From: a bacterium
GTDB lineage: Bacteria > JACRDZ01 > JAQUKH01
Direction of reading: 5' to 3'
Assembly: GCA_028719205.1 (NCBI GenBank)
Contig: JAQUKH010000003.1
Coordinates: forward strand, 1-64,000
Length of the DNA stretch: 64,000 bases
The translations under genes were made by a program, and so were the position numbers. Positions 48,033-57,292 of the stretch are shown here, one piece after another (position 1 is the stretch's first letter; each line of letters begins with the position of its first letter). The notes below the pieces were generated by a model that worked only from the letters and a program-made list of their open reading frames with translations, ran no database searches and had not been told where the DNA came from.

Positions 48033-49925
48033 ATGAAAAGAATTTTGGATGACATTAACGGTCCTGAGGATCTGAAAAAATTACCTCTTTGGAAATTAAA
48101 AATTCTCGCGAAAGAAATAAGGGAAGAAATAATTCAGACAGTTTCCAAAACCGGGGGACATTTGGCGGCGAATCTGGGTGTAATTGAGCTTACTATCGCG
48201 CTTCTCTATGTTTTTGATTTCCCAAAAGATAAGGTTATCTGGGATGTCGGGCATCAATGCTATACTTATAAAATTTTGACAGGCCGGAAAGATAAATTTA
48301 ATACTTTGCGGCAATTCGGCGGGCTCAGCGGTTTTCCCTGCCGGAGTGAATGTTTGTACGATGCCTTTGGGACAGGCCACAGCAGTACTTCGGTTTCAGC
48401 CGGGGCAGGTATTGCCACAGGCTTGAAATTAGATAAAAAAAACGACAATACAATAGCTGTGATAGGTGACGGCGCGTTGACCGCAGGGATGTCATTTGAA
48501 GGGTTGAATTTTTCAGGGCATATCAGAAGCAATCTTAAGGTCATTGTTAACGACAATGCCATGTCAATATCTCCTAATGTGGGCGCTCTGGGTGGATATT
48601 TAAGCCGTATTACAACCGCCCCATGGTATAACAGGATGAGAAGTGATATGGAAAAGAGGCTGAAGGAAAAAAGCCCTGGAATGCTTTTCGCTTTAAAAAA
48701 AATGGAAGAGAGCCTAAAAACTCTTTTTACACCCGGTGTTTTATTTGAGGAATTGGGCTTCCGATATTTTGGGCCGATCGATGGCCATGATATTAATATA
48801 TTAATAACTACTTTCAACAGGATAAAAAATTTTAACGGGCCGATACTGGTCCATATTTTGACTAAAAAAGGGAAAGGATATTTGCCCGCGGAAAGTAACC
48901 CTGAAAGATTTCACGGGATCGGGAAATTTGATCCTGTGACCGGAGGGGATATTGATACAGGCAAAAAGAAAAAAACGTTTACTGATGTTTTTAGCGAGGC
49001 GATAATCAAACTCGCTAGGGAAAATGACAAAATTGTCGCTTTAACAGCAGCTATGCCGGATGGTACTGGCCTTTCTGATTTTGCTAAAGAGTTTCCTGAA
49101 AGATTTTATGATGTCGGGATAGCGGAACAAAATGCCGCTACTTTCGCGGCAGGGTTAGCCTGCGGCGGCTATAAACCTATAGTCGCGATATATTCGACTT
49201 TTTTACAAAGGGCTTATGACCAGGTCATTCATGATGTCTGTATCCAGAATCTGCCTGTAATATTTTGTCTTGACAGGGCAGGGATCGTCGGAGCGGATGG
49301 CGTAACTCATCAGGGGATCTTTGATATTTCCTTTTTGCGTTTGGTTCCTAATATAACGATCATGGTGCCGAAAGACGAGAATGAGTTGCTTGCGATGTTA
49401 AAGACCGCGCTCGCGCTGAATCGTCCAGTTGTTATCAGGTATCCGCGAGGGGAAGTCAGGGGAAATGATATTGACAAGATAATTGATATTATTCCCTTTG
49501 GGCGCGCGGAGATATTAAAAGAGGGATATGACGCGGTGATCTTGGCCGTAGGCCCGATAGTTTACGACGCTTTAACAGTATCGGATGAATTCGAAAGACA
49601 AGGGAAAAAGATCGGTGTGGTTAATATGAGATTTGTAAAACCTCTTGACAGGGAGTTGATAAAAGAGGTTTGCGGAAAAACAAAAAATATTTTAACCTTA
49701 GAAGAAAATGTCCTTGCCGGCGGTTTCGGCAGCGCGGTTTTAGAGGTAATTTCTGAAGAGGGGCTTTCAGTCAAAACAGCATTAATAGGGCTTCCTGATA
49801 CTTTTATTGAACATGGTTCTCAGGGAATTTTAAGAGAAAAATACGGGTTGGATAAAAAACATATCATGGAAAAGCTTGAAATACTATTAAAATCCGGTAA
49901 TAATTATGCCAAAGATAAGGCTTGA
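48033..49925 (+). CDS. dxs: 1-deoxy-D-xylulose-5-phosphate synthase
   Basis: GGHLAANLG, WDVGHQ, GDGALTAG, DVGIAEQ and YSTFLQRAYDQ. Confidence 0.97.
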   Translation: MKRILDDINGPEDLKKLPLWKLKILAKEIREEIIQTVSKTGGHLAANLGVIELTIALLYVFDFPKDKVIWDVGHQCYTYKILTGRKDKFNTLRQFGGLSGFPCRSECLYDAFGTGHSSTSVSAGAGIATGLKLDKKNDNTIAVIGDGALTAGMSFEGLNFSGHIRSNLKVIVNDNAMSISPNVGALGGYLSRITTAPWYNRMRSDMEKRLKEKSPGMLFALKKMEESLKTLFTPGVLFEELGFRYFGPIDGHDINILITTFNRIKNFNGPILVHILTKKGKGYLPAESNPERFHGIGKFDPVTGGDIDTGKKKKTFTDVFSEAIIKLARENDKIVALTAAMPDGTGLSDFAKEFPERFYDVGIAEQNAATFAAGLACGGYKPIVAIYSTFLQRAYDQVIHDVCIQNLPVIFCLDRAGIVGADGVTHQGIFDISFLRLVPNITIMVPKDENELLAMLKTALALNRPVVIRYPRGEVRGNDIDKIIDIIPFGRAEILKEGYDAVILAVGPIVYDALTVSDEFERQGKKIGVVNMRFVKPLDRELIKEVCGKTKNILTLEENVLAGGFGSAVLEVISEEGLSVKTALIGLPDTFIEHGSQGILREKYGLDKKHIMEKLEILLKSGNNYAKDKA

Positions 49926-50637
49926 TGAATTCCTTCTGAAAAAAGGCTATTGTTCAAGTATAAAAGACGCGTTAGGATTAATACTCGCGGGAGAAGTTTT
50001 TAAGGATGGCCAAAGATTAGATAAACCGGGCATACTTGTAGATGACGGAAGTATTATTAATATAAATATAAAGAAAAAATATGTAAGCCGCGGGGGAGAA
50101 AAATTAGAAAAAGCGCTGGATGAGTTTAAGCCTGATATTAAAGATAAAATAGCAATTGATGTCGGGGCATCTTCAGGAGGATTTTCTGATTGCCTTTTAA
50201 AGAATGGCATAAAGAAAATATATTGTATTGATGTCGGGTATGGTCAGTTAGATTGGAACCTGCGGAATGACCCGAGAGTGGTTTTAAAAGAGAAAACAAA
50301 TATACGTTACTTAAAAAAAGAAGATTTTGAAGACGCAATTGATCTTGCGGTTATCGATGTTTCTTTTATTTCATTAAAAAAGGTGATACCGGTTGTTCTG
50401 GATATATTAAAGCCGGATGGTGAAATCATAGCCTTGATAAAGCCGCAATTTGAGGTTGAAGCTAAAAATGTAAAGAGAGGCGGCGTGGTAATAGATGAAA
50501 ATTGCCGGAAAGAGGCAGTTGACGGTATTTTAGATTTTGCCGAAAAAAATAACTTAAAGAATAAAGGTGTTGTTACTTCGCCGATAAAAGGGCCCGCGGG
50601 AAATGTGGAATATCTTTGCTATTTGGGAAAGAAGTAG
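49906..50637 (+). CDS. tlyA: TlyA-family RNA 2'-O-methyltransferase
   Basis: S4 domain, YVSRGGEKL, DVGASSGGF, DVSFISL and KPQFE. Confidence 0.94.
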   Translation: MPKIRLDEFLLKKGYCSSIKDALGLILAGEVFKDGQRLDKPGILVDDGSIININIKKKYVSRGGEKLEKALDEFKPDIKDKIAIDVGASSGGFSDCLLKNGIKKIYCIDVGYGQLDWNLRNDPRVVLKEKTNIRYLKKEDFEDAIDLAVIDVSFISLKKVIPVVLDILKPDGEIIALIKPQFEVEAKNVKRGGVVIDENCRKEAVDGILDFAEKNNLKNKGVVTSPIKGPAGNVEYLCYLGKK

Positions 50638-50649
50638 TAAGATAATATG

Positions 50650-50738
50650 AACTCCTCCCAGCCTCCTCTTTAAAAAAAAGAGGAGGAGTAAGAGTATTGT
50701 TTTCCCCTCTTTTTTTAAAGAGGGGATCAAGGGGAGTT
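50650..50738. repeat. Inverted pair of REP-like palindromes (BIME-like), CCCCT/AGGGG family
   Basis: AACTCC...CCTCCTCTTT-AAAGAGGAGG, a spacer, then TCCCCTCTTT-AAAGAGGGGA...GGAGTT. Confidence 0.65.
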
Positions 50739-50762
50739 CGGATTAATATAGCAGGAGAACAA

Positions 50763-51212
50763 ATGATAAGAAAAGCTTATGTTCATGAAATAAAAGAGAT
50801 ATATAAGATCATCCAGAAAAATTCTGAAGCCGGAAAACTTTTGCCAAGGTCCTATAACCAGCTTTATGAAAATATCAGGGATTTTTTTGTATTTGAAAAA
50901 GATAAAAGTATAATCGGGATATGCGCCCTGCATATCAGCTGGGAAAATCTGGCTGAGATAAAGTCCCTGGCGGTATTGGAATCCGAAAGAAAAAACGGTA
51001 TCGGCACTGAATTATTAAAAGCCTGCTTAAAAGAAGCCCGTGATCTGGGGATAAAACAGGTTTTTACGTTGACTTATGTAGTGGAATTTTTTGAGAAAAA
51101 CGGTTTTAAACAGGTAGAAAAAAACAGTTTGCCGCATAAGATCTGGAGTGAATGTGTCAATTGCGTGCATTTTCCGGATTGTGATGAAATTGCGTTAATG
51201 ATCGATCTATAG
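50763..51212 (+). CDS. GNAT N-acetyltransferase (short ArgA-like)
   Basis: LLPRS..QLYENIRDF, LAEIKSLAV and LPHKIWSECVNC. Start ATG 50763 behind AGGAG. Confidence 0.85.
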   Translation: MIRKAYVHEIKEIYKIIQKNSEAGKLLPRSYNQLYENIRDFFVFEKDKSIIGICALHISWENLAEIKSLAVLESERKNGIGTELLKACLKEARDLGIKQVFTLTYVVEFFEKNGFKQVEKNSLPHKIWSECVNCVHFPDCDEIALMIDL

Positions 51213-51229
51213 AAAGAGGAGCTGCAATA

Positions 51230-53308
51230 ATGAAAAAAATTTATTTATTAATTTTAATTATGTGTTTGTTGACAACCAGAGGTTTTGCGGAAGAAACCGC
51301 GATAACCGCAAGTATGCCTTCTGAGGAGATCGGAGATGCGCTATCGGCTAAAGCTCAAAGCACTGCCGAGAAGATCAAGCAGATCATTTCGGAACGGGGG
51401 AAAGACCTTCTGATACTGTCGAAAGGTATAACTTCTTTCGGGCAGGCGGGCAGGCAGGAATGGGCGAAGGGGATCGTAAGTTTTTCCAAGGAATTTAAGG
51501 ATTATTCATTAATAAGGATAATAAATACCAGAGGCGTTGAGGAAATGAAAGTGGCTTACGGCAGGGAAATAAAATCAGGATACGCGGATGTAAGCTCCGA
51601 TGAATTTTTTAAGGAATGTATTAAATTAAATAAGGATCAGATCTCTGTTTCTTCCCTGGAATTTAATTCTGAAGGTGTTGTGGTCCTTCGGATGTCTACC
51701 CCAATCTATGGCTTATCCGGTATGGAAAAGGCGATCTTGAGTTTTGACTGGGATATCAGCGAGATAACCGAATTAATAAAAAAACTTAAAGTTTCCGATG
51801 CAAGTTATGGTTTTATTATTAATCCCGAAGGCAAAATATTAGTACATCCTGAAAAGAGTAAAATGTTAAAGGAAAAACTTGAAACGGATATAAATCCCGA
51901 ATACAAGGCTATAGCTCAGAGGATGCAGTTAGGGGAGAGCGGCTGGGGGAAATATAATTTACAGGATAAGGAATATATCATTGGTTTCTATTTTTATCCT
52001 GAATTGGACTGGTCTGTAGGTATTTCTTATCTTCGCGGGGATAAAGTTGCTGATGCCGGGGAGGCACAGGCAAATATCTCTCCTTCGGTTTCCGTTCAGG
52101 CAACGGAACCTGTTAAACAGATTACTCAGGAGTTAAAGCCTGTTCAGGCGGTTGTTCCGGTTGTTCTTGCTCAATCTGAGGCCTTGCCGTTATCCGCGCT
52201 TTCATTAAAAATATTAAAGGGTTCACTGAGATCCAGAAATATAGAGAACTTTAAGGCTAATATAAAAATAGAAGGTAAAATATCCCCTGAATTAACGAAC
52301 ACAATAATTCTTAAGCTGCAGGGTGTGCATTCTAACCCATCAGAGCATTTACTTGCCTTGTGGAAAATAAATGAGAATTCATATAAACAATTCCGCTGGG
52401 AGATAACAAGCCCGGATCTGATGGCAGAAGTAAGGGTTTTGAACGAAAACGAGTCATTTATTTATTATCCCTTAGAAAAGAAATTAATGATGTTTAATAA
52501 AGAAGATTTTATCGAATATTTTAAAATAAATTCAGGAAAAGAGAATAAAATGTTATTGCCCCTGCAGTCAATAGATATCGAAAATTATTGTAATGATAAA
52601 ATTGATATGCAGACAGAGAACGACAAGATGTTTTATGTACTTGAGATGGATATGAAAACTCCTTTGGAATATTTTGGAGTTTCTTTAAAACGGGTTAAAA
52701 TGAAGATCGGTAATGAATATTTTCTGCCGGTTTTAATAGAGTGGTATACAGGTGAAAAGGAAAAAATAGTTTCCGCCAGTATGGAAGATTATAATATTAA
52801 CACGGATTCATCTATGGATTTTTCCTATTTGCCGAAACCGGATGATAATATTGTGAAATATCAGGATGTTAAGGCGCAATTACTAAAAGAAGCGGGATTA
52901 TCAGTTGAACCGAAAAAAGAGAATGAAGTACAATTGAATTCTTCAACAGTTAAAGGGCTTTTGCAGGAAGAAATAAAAAAACGCGGGTTAATAACGGCTA
53001 GAATTTTAGCTTCAGGAAGCAATAATTTTATTTTAAATAAAAATATAGAAGAATTGAAAAACGTATTGTTAAGTGTCTGGAGCGAGGATTGGGTTGATTA
53101 TATCGCTATTTTAGACAATGAAGGGAAAAAAGTCATTCAGACAGGCGTAAAAGAATCTTTAAAAAATGATGAGGTAACTGTAAGATATCAAAGAGAGGAA
53201 TTATCGGTTCCTGTTATTTATCAGGGCAGGCCGGTTGGTTCTGTAAAAATTGGAGTTAATCTGGAAAAAGCGGATTATATTTTAAAAGAATTTCTAAAAG
53301 GTAAGTAA
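51230..53308 (+). CDS. Secreted multidomain protein: dCache-like, LolA-like and a second periplasmic sensor-like domain
   Basis: Signal peptide. YGFIINPEGKILVHP...GESGWGKY...ELDWSVG is Cache-like. A P/Q/V linker leads to a beta-rich middle region. The C-terminus reads VDYIAILDNEGK...VPVIYQGRPVGSVKIG. Confidence 0.55.
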   Translation: MKKIYLLILIMCLLTTRGFAEETAITASMPSEEIGDALSAKAQSTAEKIKQIISERGKDLLILSKGITSFGQAGRQEWAKGIVSFSKEFKDYSLIRIINTRGVEEMKVAYGREIKSGYADVSSDEFFKECIKLNKDQISVSSLEFNSEGVVVLRMSTPIYGLSGMEKAILSFDWDISEITELIKKLKVSDASYGFIINPEGKILVHPEKSKMLKEKLETDINPEYKAIAQRMQLGESGWGKYNLQDKEYIIGFYFYPELDWSVGISYLRGDKVADAGEAQANISPSVSVQATEPVKQITQELKPVQAVVPVVLAQSEALPLSALSLKILKGSLRSRNIENFKANIKIEGKISPELTNTIILKLQGVHSNPSEHLLALWKINENSYKQFRWEITSPDLMAEVRVLNENESFIYYPLEKKLMMFNKEDFIEYFKINSGKENKMLLPLQSIDIENYCNDKIDMQTENDKMFYVLEMDMKTPLEYFGVSLKRVKMKIGNEYFLPVLIEWYTGEKEKIVSASMEDYNINTDSSMDFSYLPKPDDNIVKYQDVKAQLLKEAGLSVEPKKENEVQLNSSTVKGLLQEEIKKRGLITARILASGSNNFILNKNIEELKNVLLSVWSEDWVDYIAILDNEGKKVIQTGVKESLKNDEVTVRYQREELSVPVIYQGRPVGSVKIGVNLEKADYILKEFLKGK

Positions 53309-53425
53309 AAGAAGATTTCTTAATTATTTTGTAAAAGTTTGATATAACTTTCTTTAAATAAGAGTATATATTAAGTAATGGTGTATTAATTGAAAGAAAG
53401 CTTCTTATTTCGGGGAAAACTTCAC

Positions 53426-53453
53426 TTGACAATTCTATAAATTGGTTTATAAT
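53426..53453 (+). promoter_or_regulatory. sigma70-type promoter
   Basis: TTGACA-16 nt-TATAAT. Confidence 0.65.
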
Positions 53454-53502
53454 CCCGTATTATATTTTATAGTTACAAATTGCCTTAAACATATACTTAA
53501 TT

Positions 53503-53901
53503 ATGAAAAATTTAAATAAGAAAAAAATACTTATTGCTGACGATGAAAAAGATATTCGCACTTTAGTCTCCCAGATTTTAGGTGAAGAAAATTATAAGAT
53601 TTATTTCGCAAAGAATGGCCGTGAGGCTATAGATGCCGCGAATGAGAATATGCCTGATTTACTGATACTTGATCTTATGATGCCTGAGATTGACGGTATT
53701 GAGGTCTGTAAGTGTTTGAAGCAAAATAAAAACACGAAAAAGATACCGATCATCATGTTGACCGCGAAAACCGGTGTCGCTGATAAAATTGAAGGTTTTG
53801 TTACAGGTGCTGATGAATATATTACAAAACCTTTTGATCCCTTAAAACTCGAAATTGCTGTTGAAAAGGTTCTTCGCCGGGCTGAAAAAGATAACCGCTA
53901 A
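53503..53901 (+). CDS. Single-domain response regulator (receiver only)
   Basis: ILIADDE, LILDLMMPEIDG, IIMLTAK and YITKPFD. No output domain. Confidence 0.92.
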   Translation: MKNLNKKKILIADDEKDIRTLVSQILGEENYKIYFAKNGREAIDAANENMPDLLILDLMMPEIDGIEVCKCLKQNKNTKKIPIIMLTAKTGVADKIEGFVTGADEYITKPFDPLKLEIAVEKVLRRAEKDNR

Positions 53902-53990
53902 AAAACTTCTATTTCAATTCCAGTACTCAACTATTTTCCTGAAATGCCGATTATAATATTTATAATTTAAAGATATTTCAGGAGATCAGA

Positions 53991-54290
53991 ATGAAAAAAA
54001 ATTCTATAAGATTAGTAAGGGTTATAAGAACTCCAAATTCTGAGCAATATTATATCCGCAGGGATGAAGAAAATTTAGGACAGCTTGATATCCATTACCA
54101 GAATGAGATCCACGCGACATTTATACTGTTATCTAAAAATATGTCTATTGGAGATATTGCGTTTCTTCTGAAGAAGATAGAAGAGCTATTAGTAAAAGAG
54201 GATGCCAATTCTAAAAGTTTCGTCGTTACAGTTTATAAAGCTGAAGATATCGGTGATAAGATCTCTGAATATATCAAATCCAATCCCTAA
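53991..54290 (+). CDS. Hypothetical protein
   Basis: 99 aa ORF with an AGGAG SD. No recognised family. Confidence 0.65.
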   Translation: MKKNSIRLVRVIRTPNSEQYYIRRDEENLGQLDIHYQNEIHATFILLSKNMSIGDIAFLLKKIEELLVKEDANSKSFVVTVYKAEDIGDKISEYIKSNP

Positions 54291-54292
54291 GT

Positions 54293-54619
54293 TTATTTAC
54301 CGCCCTGTATATTAGCAATAGCAGATCTTGTGACGTCTAAATTCACTTTATCAGCAACTTCTAAGGTTACAATATTATTATTTTCTCCCTTAAAACCGGA
54401 TATTGTCCCGTATATTCCGCCGCCCGTAATTACTTTATCACCCTTTTTTAAATTTTTTAATAATTCCTGATGTTTTTTCTGCTGCTGCATTTGCGGGCGC
54501 ATTAAAAGAAAATAGAATATTACAAAAATAATAATGAGCGGTAAAAAACTTAATATTGTTCCCTGCGTTGATTCTCCGCCTGCGGCGGACTGTCCCATTG
54601 CGTAAACCATACTGATCAT
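54293..54619 (-). CDS. yajC: Preprotein translocase subunit YajC
   Basis: FLPLIIIFVIFYFLLMRPQ..QQKKHQELLKNLKKGDKVITGGGIYG. Confidence 0.95.
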   Translation of the reverse strand: MISMVYAMGQSAAGGESTQGTILSFLPLIIIFVIFYFLLMRPQMQQQKKHQELLKNLKKGDKVITGGGIYGTISGFKGENNNIVTLEVADKVNLDVTRSAIANIQGGK

Positions 54620-54647
54620 TGGATCTCCTTTTTAATTATAATTTAAT

Positions 54648-54675
54648 ATTGTATCAGTATAAATATTTTTGTCAA
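54648..54675 (-). promoter_or_regulatory. Promoter candidate for yajC
   Basis: Minus strand TTGACA-16 nt-TACAAT. Confidence 0.55.
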
Positions 54676-54701
54676 GATTTTATTAGCTTTTATGGTAAAC
54701 T

Positions 54702-55661
54702 ATGGCGATTATGAAGAAAAAAGTCGGTATACCGAGATGTTTATTGTATTACAATTATTACACGGTTTATGAGACATTTTTCAGGGAAATAGGTGCTGAA
54801 ATTGTGTTATCAAATCCTGCTAATATTACTCTCGAAAAGGGTTTAAAATTGGTGCCTGATGAGGTATGCCTGCCTATTAAAAATTGTTTTGGCCACATTC
54901 TTGACTTAAAAGAGAAAAATACTGATTTTATTTTCCTGCCGCGTTTTATGAGGGTTGAAAAACATACTACGTTTTGTCCGAAAATAATCGGACTGCCTGA
55001 TCTTGTGAAAAATATTATTCCAAACCTTCCTCCTTTAATTGAGCTTGATATTAATTTTTCAAAAAAAATAAAGTTTTATAATGATATTAATAATATTGGC
55101 GGATTATTCAATTCGGGTCTGATAAATAATTATAGGGCTTGGAAAATGGCGCTAAAAGATCATCATGCATACAGAAATTCTTTAACAAATAAGAAAATCC
55201 TTCCTTCTTCCTTTGTTAATACACCGGCCCATCAACTAAATATTGCTGTTGTCGGCCATCCCTATAATATCTATGATCCAAATTTGAATTTAGATCTTAT
55301 GGATAAACTGAAAAAAAAGAATGTCGCCATTTACACGCCCGATATGATTCCAATGGAAATCATTATGAATGAATCAAATGAACTGCCTAAAAGGATATTT
55401 TGGACATTGAGCCGCGATATTGTCGGGGCATCTAAATATTTTATAAAGCATCCTGATATCGATGGAATAATTAATATAGCGTCTTTCGCTTGCGGGCCTG
55501 ATTCGATAATAGGTGAGTTGATAAGTTTTTTAGTCAAGGAATATGGCAAAAAACCCTATTTACTTTTAATTCTTGATGAGCATACCGGTTCCGCGGGCCT
55601 GGAGACGAGAATAGAAGCTTTTATTGAAATGATCAGAATGGTGAAAGACAGGAATTCATAA
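54702..55661 (+). CDS. Acyl-CoA dehydratase activase-related protein (DUF2229-like)
   Basis: VGIPRCLLYY, EVCLPIK, FCPKIIGLPD, GHPYN, FACGPDS and DEHTGSAGLETRIEAF. Confidence 0.82.
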   Translation: MAIMKKKVGIPRCLLYYNYYTVYETFFREIGAEIVLSNPANITLEKGLKLVPDEVCLPIKNCFGHILDLKEKNTDFIFLPRFMRVEKHTTFCPKIIGLPDLVKNIIPNLPPLIELDINFSKKIKFYNDINNIGGLFNSGLINNYRAWKMALKDHHAYRNSLTNKKILPSSFVNTPAHQLNIAVVGHPYNIYDPNLNLDLMDKLKKKNVAIYTPDMIPMEIIMNESNELPKRIFWTLSRDIVGASKYFIKHPDIDGIINIASFACGPDSIIGELISFLVKEYGKKPYLLLILDEHTGSAGLETRIEAFIEMIRMVKDRNS

Positions 55662-55662
55662 A

Positions 55663-56748
55663 ATGCCGGTTATTACTTTCCCCCACATGGGCTATGTTTA
55701 TATAGCTTTAAAATCAATTTTCAAAACTTTAGGCGGCGAGGTTGTTGTACCGCCGCGTCCGAATAAAAATACAATCACACTTGCCTCAAAATACGCGCCT
55801 GAGCTTGTCTGTCTGCCGTTAAAAATAAATCTTGGGAATTTTATTGAAGCGATAAATTTAGGAGCAAATCTAATTGTCACAGGCGGCGGCGAAGGGCCGT
55901 GCAGATATGGGTATTATGGTGAGATTCAGAGAAGGATCCTTAAGGATCTAGGTTATGATTTTGACCTTGTTATGGTTAATCAGACAAAGGGAATAGAGAT
56001 TATAAAAAAGTTTAAATATATAACTAAAACAAAATCCACGTGGGATACTTTAAAAGCATTGTATTTTGGATGGAATAAAATGAAATTAATAGAACTAGCG
56101 GAGGATAATTTAAGAGCGAGCCGACCTTTTGAAATGGTTGAAGGGGAGAGCGAGAGGGTATTCCTTAAAATATTGCAGGAGATCGATAATATGAAAATTT
56201 TAAAAGAAATAAAAGATTTCAGCGGATATATTAATGAAAGTTTTTCAAAGATTAATATTGAAAAGAAAGACGGTTATCTGAAGATAGCGATAGTTGGTGA
56301 AGTTTTTATGGTTTTGGAACCGTTTGTAAATTTTAATATTGAAAAAAGGCTCGCGGAGATGGGGATATTTGTAGACAGGACCGTGAAAATCACGAACTGG
56401 TTGAAACGGGTATGGCTGTTTGATAGTGAAGCCCGGTCTGAAATTAAAATGATAAAAGAACTTGCGAAACCCTATCTTAAAGAGCATATCGGCGGGGAGG
56501 GAATATATTCCATCGGCCAGAGTATTTTATCCAAGGCGCGTGGTTATGACGGTGTAATACAAATCGCGCCTTTTACCTGTATGCCGGAGATCGTAGCTTA
56601 TAGTATTTTCCCTAAGGTCATGCAAAAAGAAAAAATACCGGTTCTTTCGTTATTTTTGGATGAACATTCCGTTGAGACCGGGATAATGACCAGGGTAGAA
56701 GCTTTTGTCGATCTAATAAAAAGGCAGGGTAAAAATAAACATCAATAA
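55663..56748 (+). CDS. 2-hydroxyacyl-CoA dehydratase / CoA-activase-related protein
   Basis: TFPHMG, PELVCLPLKINLGN, GPCRYGYY, PFTCMPE and TRVEAFVD. Confidence 0.82.
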   Translation: MPVITFPHMGYVYIALKSIFKTLGGEVVVPPRPNKNTITLASKYAPELVCLPLKINLGNFIEAINLGANLIVTGGGEGPCRYGYYGEIQRRILKDLGYDFDLVMVNQTKGIEIIKKFKYITKTKSTWDTLKALYFGWNKMKLIELAEDNLRASRPFEMVEGESERVFLKILQEIDNMKILKEIKDFSGYINESFSKINIEKKDGYLKIAIVGEVFMVLEPFVNFNIEKRLAEMGIFVDRTVKITNWLKRVWLFDSEARSEIKMIKELAKPYLKEHIGGEGIYSIGQSILSKARGYDGVIQIAPFTCMPEIVAYSIFPKVMQKEKIPVLSLFLDEHSVETGIMTRVEAFVDLIKRQGKNKHQ

Positions 56749-56790
56749 AAAAACCGTCTGATAAACAATATGTTATATCAGACGGTTTTT
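56749..56790. terminator. Bidirectional intrinsic terminator
   Basis: AAAAACCGTCTGATA...TATCAGACGGTTTTT between convergent genes. Confidence 0.85.
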
Positions 56791-56803
56791 GATTTATAAT
56801 ATG

Positions 56804-57196
56804 TTAATAGCTGCTACGGCCGCCTCTATCGCCGCCGCCGCGTCCGCCGCCGCCGAATCCGCCTCTGCTCCCGCCAGCTCCGCCGCCAAATCCGCCTCTG
56901 CCGCCACCAGCTCCGCCGCCGAATCCGCCTCTACCGCCGCCAGCCGGGCGAGCTTCACGAGGACGAGCCTCGTTTACATTAAGGTTTCTGCCTTTTAAAT
57001 CCTGGCCATTTAAGCCGGCGATAGCAGCTTTAGCTTCTGCTTCAGTTGGCATCTCTACAAACGCGAATCCTTTAGATTTACCGCTATATTTGTCTATTAT
57101 GATGCTAGCTGATTCAACCGTTCCGAATTGTGAAAAAGCCTGCTTTAATTCATCTTCGGTGGTCTCGTACGATAAGTTCCCTGCGTAAATCTTCAT
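56804..57196 (-). CDS. RRM RNA-binding protein with Gly/Arg-rich tail
   Basis: RNP2 IYAGNL, RNP1 KGFAFVEM, and a tail of about 3 copies of GGGRGGFGGGA. Confidence 0.95.
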   Translation of the reverse strand: MKIYAGNLSYETTEDELKQAFSQFGTVESASIIIDKYSGKSKGFAFVEMPTEAEAKAAIAGLNGQDLKGRNLNVNEARPREARPAGGGRGGFGGGAGGGRGGFGGGAGGSRGGFGGGGRGGGDRGGRSSY

Positions 57197-57255
57197 TTTC
57201 TTCTCCTTTTGTAAAAATTATAGTAATATTCGAAATAAATAACCACTATTAATAT

Positions 57256-57284
57256 ATTTTAGTTTAATATTTAAGATATGTCAA
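57256..57284 (-). promoter_or_regulatory. Promoter candidate for the RRM gene
   Basis: Minus strand TTGACA-17 nt-TAAAAT. Confidence 0.6.
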
Positions 57285-57292
57285 GTAATTTA

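Noticed and set aside
50697-50762. N-terminal extension MFSPLFLKRGSRGV of the GNAT ORF
   Set aside because: It is a translation of the REP-like palindrome. The SD supports ATG 50763.
51440-51458. GGGCAGGCGGGCAGGCAGG inside the Cache-domain gene as an in-frame REP insertion
   Set aside because: Only the GGCAGG half is present, with no complementary CCTGCC arm, so it cannot be supported.
56789-56998. GC-rich island and Ala/Ser-rich plus-strand ORF
   Set aside because: It is the antisense of the Gly/Arg-rich tail of the RRM protein (33-bp coding repeats).
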